DNA from: Guillardia theta CCMP2712
Lineage: Eukaryota; Protista; Cryptophyta
DNA length: 64,000 nucleotides
NCBI RefSeq assembly: GCF_000315625.1
Contig: NW_005434571.1
Span: forward strand, 126,092-190,091
Reading direction: 5' to 3'
Within the stretch, counting starts at the first letter, position 1; the number at the start of each line of letters is the position of its first letter. The notes under the pieces were generated by a model that ran no database searches, was not told where the DNA came from, and saw only the letters and a list, made by a program, of their open reading frames with translations. Positions 38,496 to 49,915 of the stretch are shown piece by piece. Both the position numbers and the translations under genes were made by a program.

Positions 38496-41056
38496 ATGGC
38501 AGTACCGCGAGGAATGGTGATAGGGGGGAGGGGAGGGAGGGGAAGGGGAAGAGGAAGAGGGAAGGATAATCTGAGCAATGAATGGGATACAAGGAGAGAA
38601 GGAACAGGGGAGGAGGATACAGATGCTGATGTGGAGATGGTGGAGACCCAAGGGGTTCAAGCACAGGATCCGAGGGAGCTTGACCCTGGGACGCTGGTAA
38701 TGGTCGAACAAGGGAGCGAGGAGGGGAGGTTTAGAGGTACCATAGTGGATGGATGGGACGGTGCTCTGTTTCACGTGAGATACATGGACAAGCACAAGAA
38801 GGATGATGAGGTAAGTCGAGTGTCTGCATGGACATTGATGTACTGTGCTCAGTGATTCTGATACCGAACACGCTTGCAGATCGTTGAGATCAGCAGGATT
38901 TTCAAGCTGCGAAGAATGTGCAATAATCACATTCAGATTCAAAGCGTGAAGACATCGCATTCCAAATCAACGAATGACGCGCGGGTTGCCCCCCAGGATG
39001 TTCATGTTCAACTTCAGACGATCGTCGAGAACCATGAACCAACAAGCCGTCGGGATGTAACACTACTGATGGATCAGAATGCATCGTTGCCTGATTCTGC
39101 ATCTGAAGATGAAGTTGTTAATGGCATGTTATATAAGGACAAAGAGGGGAATGCGGAGGAAAGGAACTTACACACTGAGGTAGAAACTCTGATCAATGAA
39201 CTGAAGCTGAGGCGGGGGAGCAAAGGGGTTGCTTCCAGGAGTAAAGAGCTCGACCAGATACAGGAGTATCTCATGCAACAGAAGGAGAAGATGGAGAATG
39301 CTGTGAGAGTTGAGTTTGAGGTCGATGCACAGTTCGTTGGCTTGGTGGTCGGGAAACGAGGAAGCAACATCGCAAAGGCATCTGCTGTTGATGGAGTGGT
39401 CAAGATCGACGTGCAGGAGACAAGAGTTGCTATCATTGCTGAGTCTATGGAAGCAGCCGAGGCTGCAAGACAGATGCTTGAGTATAGGAGACTAAACATC
39501 CCTGTCGAGAGAAGAACTACTCGGCTTCTGGTGGGGAAGGGGGGTAAGAACTTGAAAGATCTTCAAAGCAGCTCGGGGGTGTCACGAATCAAGATCGATG
39601 ATGGAAAAGGAATAATCGAGCTTCTTGGTACACAGATAGTTTTGTTTTTGACCACTGTATTTGTCATGTCATAACGAGTTTCCTGCAGGAAATAGCTCAT
39701 CGCTTGAGAAAGCCCGTCGAGGGATTGAGTTGATTGCCCGATTCGTTTCTCAGCAAGATGAGTTCATTGAAGGATCAAGAGATTTGCACAGAGACGTGAA
39801 TATGATGATTGGTAACTCTGTTCGGTCGGAGAGCCAGGGCGGGATGTTTTTTTCCTTGGTGGAAGGTGATGGTGAAAACGGAAATCAGTTCGTGTTCACT
39901 GATGAAGGGATGAACTATACAATAGAAGTGCTGAGTTCTAAACTTGGCTTGATTATTGGTCATCATGGGACGAAGATCAAACAGCTGAAGGAGGCTTCAA
40001 AGTGTGGTATTGAGATCGTGCGAGGGCAAGAAGAGATCAGCAAAATTTACATCACCGCGCTGAGTGATGACGCGGATCCTGACCTTGCGCTATCATTGAT
40101 CAACAACATCGTACTGGATCCCCAGCCAGGACAAACATACGCACAGGCATCAATCACAAAAGTTGCAAACTTCGGGGTTTTTGTTGCGATCGGGGAAGGG
40201 AGAGAGGGGCTGCTGCATGTCTCCGATGTCCCGCTCATGAAGAGTGGAGCTATCAGTTATAATGTAGGACAGAAAGTGAATGTTGTAGTTACTAGCGTAG
40301 ATGATCGCGGTAAGATTCGTCTCGGACTCATGCAACACGACGAGGACGGTATCTTGCCCGACTCGAATGGGATCCCCGTGAGAAAAAAGAAAGAGGCTTT
40401 AGGTCCGATTGCGAGCTCCTGCGTTGCTCCTTTCTCACCTCCCTACTGCAGATGTCCGCCAAGGAGAGGAATGGCCGGCGCTGCTCGGGCCCATGCAAGA
40501 AAGCCGAGATGAATGGTACGCGCGAATCAGGAGCCAGAGGAAAGACGCCAGCCATCTTCACGCCAACGCTTCCGTCCCCAGCAAGAACTTTCCCGCAGCC
40601 AAGGACTCGAACTCCTGGGATGAGAACTCGAGGACCAGGCCGCGGCAGCATGCTCCTGTCTCCTCTCCGGAGGCCCCTTCAGCTTCCATACCGCACACCC
40701 CGTCAGCTAACCGCAGCATCGGCCATACACCCACTGGCCCTCGCCATCTTGGAAGGAGCGCACAGATGGAGTCTACCGGGCCTACACGAAACAGGATGGA
40801 GCAGCCACGTACCTTTCGTGTGGCCGATGCAGACTACTCACGCGAGTACGTCCTTTATGCTCCCAAAGAGTCCGCGATGGGAAGAAGAGAAGGGGTTGGT
40901 GAGTCATTCAGACTCTCTGTGACCCTCTTCTTTTCTGAGCTGACTGACGTTGTCGTAGGCCTCTCGAGACCGTCTGATCGCGATGAGACAGAGGCAGGAG
41001 GTCAGGAGATCACGTCACTACGGCAGCGGGTGGCCCAGGCTCGCGGTAGGAGATGA
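38496..41056 (+). CDS. RNA-binding protein: RGG + Agenet/Tudor-like + FMRP-like KH-KH + PNPase-like KH-S1; 4 inferred introns
   Basis: GGRGGRGRGRGRG. LDPGTLVMVEQ...FRGTIVD...FHVRY (Tudor/Agenet-like). KH GxxG loops VVGKRGSNI, LVGKGGKNL and IIGHHGTKI. S1 ITKVANFGVFVAIGEGREGLLHVSDV...VGQKVNVVVTSVDDRGKIRL. Introns 38811-38879 and 39628-39688 keep the frame. Confidence 0.88.
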
Positions 41057-41059
41057 TTG

Positions 41060-41480
41060 AAGTTTTGAAGAAAGTTGGGGAGTTTTCTCGGATCCAATCT
41101 CGGTGTCATCGGCTATCATAGTACGGTATGCGGCGCGGCAGTGCAGAATGGCAGTTGAAACCGAGCCTCGGAACTTGAACCCTATTAGCCTCAGCCGCAT
41201 GATGACGCAGTCAGTGACCTTGACTGCCATGATGAATCTTGACTTTCGGATGAAAGAGCCTCCGAGTCTCGTCTCGCTGCTGCCAGCGTCACGCGACCGG
41301 GGTCCGATGTTCGACTCACGCTGAGGAATCATTGACGGCGTACCGTTCTGGGTGGGCCGGGGCCCGGGCCCTGCAAGTTCCGGTTGAAGTTCACCTCACT
41401 GAGTCAGTCAGGCCGCAGGATTACACCTAGACGGACCGTGCAGCGGAAATCGGCCGAGTCCAGGAGGCTGACATGATGGT
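41060..41480. repeat. GC-rich degenerate island with the same insertion vocabulary
   Basis: Dense cggcc, ccggg, gagtc, ctgag and cagt words; no credible ORF. Confidence 0.45.
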
Positions 41481-42426
41481 ACCTGGGGTACCTCAGTAGC
41501 CTGGGTGGGGGTGGGATGGGGAGAGCTGCTACAACCATGAATCCTTGGGGATGTACGGGTCATTCACTCACTTAACAGGGTAGGGGTACTGTTTGGGGGT
41601 ATTTGAACGATTGGTGGGTGGTAGCGAGATAATGGGGGTAAAGGCATAATGGGGGCGGGGGGTTGAATTTTATAGGGGTAGGGGTATGCAAGTTTCGCAT
41701 AAGTACGGGTAATTCTGGCTATGTTTCGAAGGGGTGCTTTGTGGAATAATGAGTTTAAAAGGGTGGTGTAGGTGATGAAACGTAGTCATTTGTACCCACA
41801 AACCACAGGAACGCGAACGATGAGCGATGGGTAGACGAAGGGGACTAGGAAGAAGAGCAGGGAAAGGAGAGCGCGATGAGGATAAAGGCTTGAAAAGACA
41901 CTTCCTAAGAATGATAGAAGCACGTTGTTAACCACACACATCTGTCAACAGGATAGTTGTCATTGGGTTGAAGTTTCTTGCAGTTTGGGGATTCAGTAGT
42001 TCTCGGATTCCATAGTGAGCGAAAGGGTCGGAAGCTCGTAGAACACATTTTGATCACAGTAGAAGAAAATAGTTGACATTGTTGCTTCAACGAAGATGTT
42101 CGTTTCACAAAGATCTTGATGGGAAAAACTCAAAGTAGTCTTTTCCTTTCTATGTGAAAATAGAAGAGGACTACAGAGGTGACGTGAACATAGAAAAACG
42201 ACCTAAATGATCCGCACATTCCTGTCTTTGCATATAGATGTTTCATTACAATTTCTTTGTCGAGTTCTGAAGCTTTATCCTTCCAGATTATACTTCAAGC
42301 AGTTTTTGGGACGATTTGAAGTTTGAGACAATTTGGGAAGCATCTGAAAGGACGGTGGCAGGAAAAAGCTGCACCACGACAAGCAAACAAGGAATACAAA
42401 GCAGCTTTTGATAGAACCAAGCAAGA

Positions 42427-42873
42427 ATGGTCTGGACCAAAAACTTTGAAGAGTTGAAAGATGATGACAGCGCTGCTAAATCATACTCAGCACCGACTTC
42501 TAAGTCCGGGCGGATGCTGGCGGAAGAAGAGCAGGGTTACTTCCCCAAAACCTCAATCGACATTGTCAGATCCAAAGGGAGCAAAGGGAACAGTCTTGTG
42601 GTCAGTGCGTTCAGGTCTGCGTGCGAGAGAGGGAAGGATATTGGAAAGAAACTTGGCTCGTTTACACACGAGTTGCATCTTCCGAGTTTGCAGCACTTGT
42701 TGTCTAAGGGTAGCGAGGGCGACAAGATCGACAGGAAGAAGAGCGCAGCCGACATGCATGTTGAGCTGATCGAGACATTCTTGAAAGCACAGAGAGATGG
42801 TGGAGTGAAGCTTGTACACGAAGAACGGGACGAATTCCAAGACAGCATCGCTGTCGGCGACGAATGCTGCTAG
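42427..42873 (+). CDS. Hypothetical protein (148 aa)
   Basis: Open, protein-like composition with an ATG start; no motif recognised. Confidence 0.45.
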   Translation: MVWTKNFEELKDDDSAAKSYSAPTSKSGRMLAEEEQGYFPKTSIDIVRSKGSKGNSLVVSAFRSACERGKDIGKKLGSFTHELHLPSLQHLLSKGSEGDKIDRKKSAADMHVELIETFLKAQRDGGVKLVHEERDEFQDSIAVGDECC

Positions 42874-43167
42874 TGTCAATACCCAGAATAGGTATGGGAC
42901 GAGCAAGCATGCAGATCAGAACCCTTGTTCAAGTCCAATTTTGCTTCAGGCTCTGTAAAATCAATTTTCCCACGTGCTTTGGAATCTTACGGTAGCAAGA
43001 CAAGACCAGGCGCGGCCAGAAGTGCTTTGCTGTATTGACCATCCAAGACGAACAATCCAAGTGAATCACGAACAATGTACAAAAAAAGGACCAGTGCCAT
43101 CAGCCACAAGACAGGCCTCAAGCGGTGTCGTCCCTCATATCCTTTTGCCAGAACTGACAAGAAGACG

Positions 43168-45068
43168 TCACATGTAGTCATCATGGATATGTTCTCTCAC
43201 AGTTGGCAGAGTGTTGTTCCGTCCTGGACCGACATTCGAGTCCATACCGCCCAACTCGAGCGACCTCCTGCCCACCTTATCATTGCAGAGAATCTCATCA
43301 GCATGCTGAACCACCTATAAGCTGCCCAGACGGCATCGGACACTGTAGTTCTGAATCCTCCCTTCTCCAGGTTGTAGATTGCGCTTGATGGTAAAAATCA
43401 GTTTTCATACGCGGTGCTCCTCCTCTATTCTCACCTCGCAGTTGTTCCGCCAGGGCTGGTGATGTCATTGCGAAGCTTGGAAACATGTTCTCCGGACTGG
43501 GCAGATGGTAACCATGAAGTCGATATGTTTATGCGGAACCTGGATTGCGTACAAGCAAGTTCCTAGAAGTGTATTCATCACCAGTCGTTCAGCAATATGC
43601 CTAGGAAATCCTGTAAAGGAACGTCAAGAAATTCCTGAGTATGCAACATGCAAAAACGGATGCCATAACATGACCACACCACAGCATGGATCAAATCCAA
43701 AAAAACAAACAAGGGAAACCCCATCTTATTGCATCATAGCAACAAAGTACATGAGGTATGGTCATTGCTTCTATTCAAAGTAAACATACCCATGTGCACT
43801 CCCGAATCAATCATGGCTTCCATCGTCAAGAAAACATAAGCAGGGCCCGACCCTTAAGAAGTGTCATTTGGGCCTAAAACCAGAAATTCCGTTCTCAACC
43901 GGAAATGGCCGTCGCCATGTCCAGAAACCGCTCATCTTCCATATAGATTTCGTCTCCAATAGCAGAAAATAGCTTAGAGATGAGCTAGCAGTCCAGAGAG
44001 CTGTCAGAGAAGGTACCAAGATCCAACAATACAAGCAGACCTCCTTCTTTTCCTTGGGCAAATCCCTTGTAGAACACCATACCGTGCACCCCTGCAACGA
44101 ATAAGACTGCAGTGCATCTGAGAGGTATGACATACTTGCTCTACAGTCACGGGGGTATTTGGCATAGCTCGAACAATGTTCTACGAGTAAACTTCAACAA
44201 GGAATCGGTGAAGTGAGTTTCTTCGACCTCCATTCCAGTGTATTTCTGGAAAGCATGCAGCGGAACCCCTGTCATTGAAATGTCACAAGTACTTTATTTC
44301 GGCTAACAGAGTCCCAACCAGCAATGATGGACGCGAGAACTGTGTCAGTGCGGAGAGGACCCATCTTCTCAACCTGCGAGGATACAAAGAGGCAGAATTC
44401 AGCAGTCTTTCCATGCGCAAGGAAGTCTAACCTCTGCCTTGAGAGGTTTTAAAACTGCCTCAACATTTTGAGGCTTCACTCCTAGAAGAACTATGTCGGC
44501 ATCCTTCCATGACACAATCAGCATGACAAAGCATTGAGATAGTAGACAAAACCATAAGCAGATTATGCAATGATTCTGCCTTTCTAATGCCAGGAAATGC
44601 TTTGCAGCATGCATCCATCTATTCAGTTCCAAGGTTAACAATCTTCTCAATCAAGATTTGACCCGACCTGATCGGTTGACACATCGTAAACCATCACATT
44701 GTGTGCTCTCTGAACCTGTTCAATGCTCAGGACCAAATCTGCACCAGATAATCTTTGCATACCCCGTTTCGAATCATACCGCCCATAATTGCCTACAAGT
44801 GACCATCACAACCAAGCAGTTCTTGTTGGCACTGTATACCTTAGCCATATTTCCAGCTCCAATGAATCCAATTTTGTCACACAAGTTCCCGGCAGCTGCT
44901 GGAATTGCTATCAAGGCAACTTTGTATGATACAGCACTGCAACACACCAGAGATAGAGAAGCTTCGACAAAGAACCATGCCGATGCCAGCCTGTCTAGCC
45001 ATCGTCTGTTCGCTCAGAGCAGAACTTGGAGCCCCCCAGCAAGTTGAGCTACGATGCAACGCGTTCAT
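43168..45068 (-). CDS. proC: Pyrroline-5-carboxylate reductase; multi-exon, possible organellar transit peptide; start approximate
   Basis: Exons read [96 protein letters not shown] and LEKGGFRTTVSDAVWAAYRRSLELG. Confidence 0.93.
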
Positions 45069-47418
45069 GCCTCCCTGCAGAAGCGATCTCTGGAAACTGA
45101 CGCCAAAATAGCGCATCTTGGGCAGATTTCCTCGTCTCTTTGAGTAAATGATCAGAACGTGGAGGTTCCAGACAGATTTGAACAATTGAGGTTTGGGGAT
45201 CACTAGGATTTTGACTATGGGTATGGGTGCAGGATATTGAGGAGATATATATTGGGGGGATGGAGAGGCGAAAGATGCGCAACATCATCATGTATCTGGA
45301 TAACATACATTGGCCATAATGTGAGGTAGTGATGTCATGTAGATTTCCTCCTCTATCATCTTTTAGGATGGTCGAACGGATCGCTTTCTCGTAATATGAC
45401 AAGGTTGTGGTGGGAAACAAACCAAGATTTCAAAATGGAACACTTCTTAGCCAGCATGTCAAATCGTGAGATTCATCAGATAGTACATGTCATGGCACCA
45501 TCTAATCATCTTGCTTTCTCAACATGTTCATCTTTTCCCTCTAAACTCCTTCCGCTTCTGCGCTTTTTCCCCATTTTTGCAGATGTGTCCCCACCCCACC
45601 CCACCCTTATCAACAAAAGTAACCCCACATCAAAAACCCCCGAATTACTGAGATGGACCATTGCTTTTTGTGCTATAACCCCTTCTTTCTAGTGTTTTCA
45701 CCCACCCTTTTCTCAGGAAGATACTACCCAAATTTGCTATGTACCCCTTGATAATTTTTCGTACCCACCCTTTTGATTTTCCTGGTACCTCTGAGAGACT
45801 ACCCTCAAAGTTTGCATTTACCCTGCAAAGGCCATCACCCCTACCCCTCAGGTTCTCACGAACACATACCCACCCCCTTGTTCCTCTTGTCTCACAATTG
45901 TTTCGAGTTGGGTCTCAATTGCAATCAACATTTTCCCGTGTAATCATATCTGATTTAATGTCATTTGATTTGTAGATTACAAATATAGAAATGAATTTTA
46001 AAAAAGTTTGAAGACACTAACATTTGTTTTGCATACAAAAGAATCACTACCGGATTTGCAATTCATCATACTTATTATTATTCATACCCCCCCCCCTCAC
46101 AACCCCACCCTTTGTTTGAAAACACCCTACCTATCTATAGCCCTCCTTGTTTTGACCTGATTGCAATTTTTTCAGGTTTTCAGGGTAATATTATGCAGAG
46201 ACGTGAACTTGTTTTGAAAATAGCAAACAGACCATGGCGCAGGCAGCGAACATTTTGCCCATGGAGTCCGCAACAAGACAGAAGGGCAACAACAGACATC
46301 ATCATCTTGGATGAACAAGATGCCAGATTACATTGCTATTGATATGAACAATCACGAAAAAGCTTGATCGTGATACTGTGAGAGATTTGAGGAGAAATAC
46401 CTGCAAATCCCGAAGTTTTCGATGTGCATTATTATTCGATGTGCATATTTAGATCAGCTAGATTCTTACACCAATACAAGAAGATAGGTGCATTTCGAAT
46501 GTAAATATTATTAGCACACCAGCATGGGAATGTTGTACTAGTGAGAGAACAGAGATGTGGACTTGGAATCATTGAATACCAATTGATACTAGCAAATTCA
46601 CTCCCGTCAGATGCAGATCGTACACAGATCGCACACTTTGACACATTTTTGACAGAAACGAAGTTGTTGAGAATTGACAGAAGGGGGGGTGAAGGTAAGA
46701 CGAACAGCATAGCCCTGTTGTTGCTCGTTTAATCGTAAATGGTGTACAAATGATTTATTGTCTTGCTTTCAAAACGTGATGCTCATTGAGATTCCTATCC
46801 GTTTGAATCTTGGCTCCGTGCCAACAACATGATTCATTCAAACCCCTTTGAGCTATATGAGCTGGAGATATGTAGTTTGCTATGGTACGATAAGCTCGTC
46901 TATCATAGAACTAATGTCTTCAAAAATTTGTCGAATGAGAGTGATTCGATGTTACGATCGAATGAGTGCAAAGTTTACCTTCTCCAAGATTCTCCGTCTT
47001 CTGCGAGAATCTCCATGATTCTGTGTCTCACGTCGAACTGATACCACCTGCAGTTCACTCTCTCGAATCCGAAATTGGATCTTAAGTTGTCTTCGACATG
47101 GCAGAGCTCTTAGTAAATGCCTGTTTCTATCTTGCACCTTGACCAAATGCTTATCACTGCGTGGCTTTTCCATGACTGCCTTTTCTTGACACTGCAACTA
47201 TCGAAACTAGCTTGTTCGAACCGGGAGGTAACTCCTCGACCCCATCTATTTTCTCTTCCGCTTGAGAGTCGTGCTTCGTGTACAGTAAAAAACCTCCCTC
47301 ACATCAAAACATTGACCTACTATGAATCATCTGAAGGCATTTTGAGCAAGAACTCAAACACTGGGATATCAAAGAAATAGAAGTTTATTCTCTACATTAC
47401 AGCCAAACAGAAAGACCT

Positions 47419-48402
47419 TCAATAAGTGCTGGTCAATATACATGGATGGTTATCTCGCACAAGGTCCAATCGTAGCTTGAAAGTTTCATGTGGGTGGTGT
47501 TTTCTGATTGCAACCCAGAGCTCATGGTCGGAAGTAACCAGTATATCGTCACCGTCGTCATCCATGTAGGAGAGAAGAAACCTCTTCGAGATGTCATGGC
47601 CGTTTGCCTTACGTAGAATAGACGTCAACTCTGAAAAGCACCCAGAAGGCACACTGTTCCTATCCTTCCTTTGCAAGAAAATGAATACTTTACGCAAAAC
47701 GATCTCGTCTGATTCTTGTTGGCATGCGACTTTGAACTTTGCAATACTCGATAAGTCTTCTGTCTGCTCAAAGCAAGGGTTCCAAGGATCAAATCTGCCG
47801 TCTTCTGAGTAGGAAATGGAAGGAGAAGCAGAATTCGACCAAGAAGAGTCACTCTCGGCAAAACTTTTTGAAGACAGAGAGTCGTCTGAGTCTGAGTCGG
47901 GACTGTTTGCAACCGAGCGATGCGGCCCCTTACAAGCCTTGGGGTTACTTGCTTGCTTCAAGATTTTTGATATTGCTGATTTGCTTTTACCAAACATGGT
48001 GGCTAGCTCGGATTGACTCTTTTTGACAGCTGGGTCGTTTGATTGGTTCAAACGAATGATTTCTGCTCTCTGGGTTTGAGTTAGCCTAACTTTTCCCTGA
48101 CAATGCTTCTTGTGTCTTATTCTTTCATAGTCCGTCCAAGTTCTTCCACGCTTTGCCTTATTGCTGCTAGTCGGAAGATGCTCAAATTGGTCATGATTGA
48201 CAAGGGATCGAATTTCAAACCCAATCTGTTGCCCCGCATCGTGGTAGGGAAGCACGTTGTCTCGGCATAGGCTACACTTAACAGATCCACTCTCACTTAC
48301 AAGGTCTTGCACGATCGTTTGTGATTTACATTCCGAGCACATTGCGATGAGGAGATTGCTGCTATGCCTTGATGGCGTAGGAAGAGTTTCTACAGCGCTC
48401 AT
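47419..48402 (-). CDS. Putative transcription factor: CxxC..CxxC + CENP-B/psq-type HTH + C-terminal PB1 domain
   Basis: HTH RLTQTQRAEII...KSQSELATMFGKSKSAISKILK. PB1 OPCA motif LSYMDDDGDDILVTSDHEL. Confidence 0.78.
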   Translation of the reverse strand: MSAVETLPTPSRHSSNLLIAMCSECKSQTIVQDLVSESGSVKCSLCRDNVLPYHDAGQQIGFEIRSLVNHDQFEHLPTSSNKAKRGRTWTDYERIRHKKHCQGKVRLTQTQRAEIIRLNQSNDPAVKKSQSELATMFGKSKSAISKILKQASNPKACKGPHRSVANSPDSDSDDSLSSKSFAESDSSWSNSASPSISYSEDGRFDPWNPCFEQTEDLSSIAKFKVACQQESDEIVLRKVFIFLQRKDRNSVPSGCFSELTSILRKANGHDISKRFLLSYMDDDGDDILVTSDHELWVAIRKHHPHETFKLRLDLVRDNHPCILTSTY

Positions 48403-49000
48403 TGAGTACCCTGCTAGGACGAGCGTGAGCGGCGCAGGAGGGGTTTAGGACTTTGAAGGGGGGTGTCGGTGACTGTAATAAAAGGGTGGGCTGGGGTTGT
48501 CACTCCCGGGGTTGGGTCTTGCAGGTGTATCAGGGGGTGGGGGGTAAAGTGAGTCAGCAAGTCACGTTATTCGCGGGGGTTGTAAAGAAGCGGTCACGTC
48601 AAAAACGGGAAAAAAATCCAACGAAACTACTCTGTTTCGACTTAGTCACGTTGATCGCGGGGCTTAAAAACTCCCTTTGTAAAGAATCTGAAAAAGAAAG
48701 ATTTCGAAGCGATTCCTCTCGTCCCCAAGAGACGAAAGGTGGAATATGATTTGTTCGTCTCTTCCCAAAATCCTGAACTGAGAGTCAATGTAGAAATTGG
48801 ATGTGCGGCTATACATGACAGCCCAAGGGAAAACCTTGGATTGAACGTTTATTGCACAAGACAATGATGGCACAAGCAACGTTTGGACAATCAAGAACGA
48901 TGAGATAGAGCTAAAAATGCAAACACTCGTTCATTGATCTATTGATAACCAATAGGGTAACGATGAAAGGAATAAATTAAAGAAATTTCCGAAGATTTTC

Positions 49001-49915
49001 TTAACAAATCAGCTGCACATTCATTCTAACATACAGGCCCGCTGGAAAATGCTTCATGGCAATGCCAAGCTCATGGTCAGAGGAGACAATTATGTTGTCA
49101 CCATCCGCGTCTTGGTAAAACAGTCTCATAGTGTCTGCGAATGCGACGTCGAGGCCAAATTCTTTGATCACCGCTTCAACAAGCTTTCGATACCCTTGAA
49201 ACGGTTCACCAAGCCAGTTAGTGTCAAGCCACAATGGAATGACTCTGCAGGATTGATCGTTTGAAGTAGAAACAAGGAACTCAACCATGCATCTTCCATT
49301 GCTTGGACTTGATTCCTCAATTCCCCAAAACCCGTGCTCTCCGCCGTAACTCGAATCCAAGTCAGACCTTGCTTCTGTGCATTCTGTATCCGATCGGATA
49401 AATTCAACATTTTTGTTGTTGAAATGTGCTGCATAATTCTTTCTTATCTTCTCAACGCTGCTTGGTCGCAAAATTTTCGAAATGGCAGATCTGCTGGTTC
49501 CAAAGAGCCTTGCAATCTGTGCTTGAGTCATCCTTTGTCGCGGATCACGCACTGAGTCCAATTCAACGATTGCTGCCCTCTGGGAAGGTGTCAAACGCAT
49601 CTTGCGGGAAAGCTTTCCTGTTTTCTTTGTACCGAAGCTTTCGAGCCCGTTTCCGAGAGACATAGCATAGGTTCCAGACTGCCATGTGTTTCCCTGCAAG
49701 ATAGCAGCGCCCAGAACAGCTCCATTATTGTGTGTATATACTGGCGTGTACCCGCTACATACATGAGAATCACATGCTGCGAGAGGATCATGATTGCGAA
49801 TTTCCATTGTTGGCTGTATTTCACACTGGTTTGCGAGATGTTCGACAGCAGGCAGCTGATAGACTGCTTGATCATAATGATAGGTGTGAAAGAAGGTTTC
49901 AGGATAGTGATGCAT
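49001..49915 (-). CDS. Paralogous HTH + PB1 putative transcription factor
   Basis: RLTPSQRAAIV...MTQAQIARLFGTSRSAISKILR and LFYQDADGDNIIVSSDHEL. TATA-like cttataaaaac about 40 nt upstream. Confidence 0.78.
   Translation of the reverse strand: MHHYPETFFHTYHYDQAVYQLPAVEHLANQCEIQPTMEIRNHDPLAACDSHVCSGYTPVYTHNNGAVLGAAILQGNTWQSGTYAMSLGNGLESFGTKKTGKLSRKMRLTPSQRAAIVELDSVRDPRQRMTQAQIARLFGTSRSAISKILRPSSVEKIRKNYAAHFNNKNVEFIRSDTECTEARSDLDSSYGGEHGFWGIEESSPSNGRCMVEFLVSTSNDQSCRVIPLWLDTNWLGEPFQGYRKLVEAVIKEFGLDVAFADTMRLFYQDADGDNIIVSSDHELGIAMKHFPAGLYVRMNVQLIC

Noticed and set aside
46100-47400. Possible multi-exon minus-strand gene
   Set aside because: Only short ORFs are present, and I could not build a supported gene model or recognise a domain.
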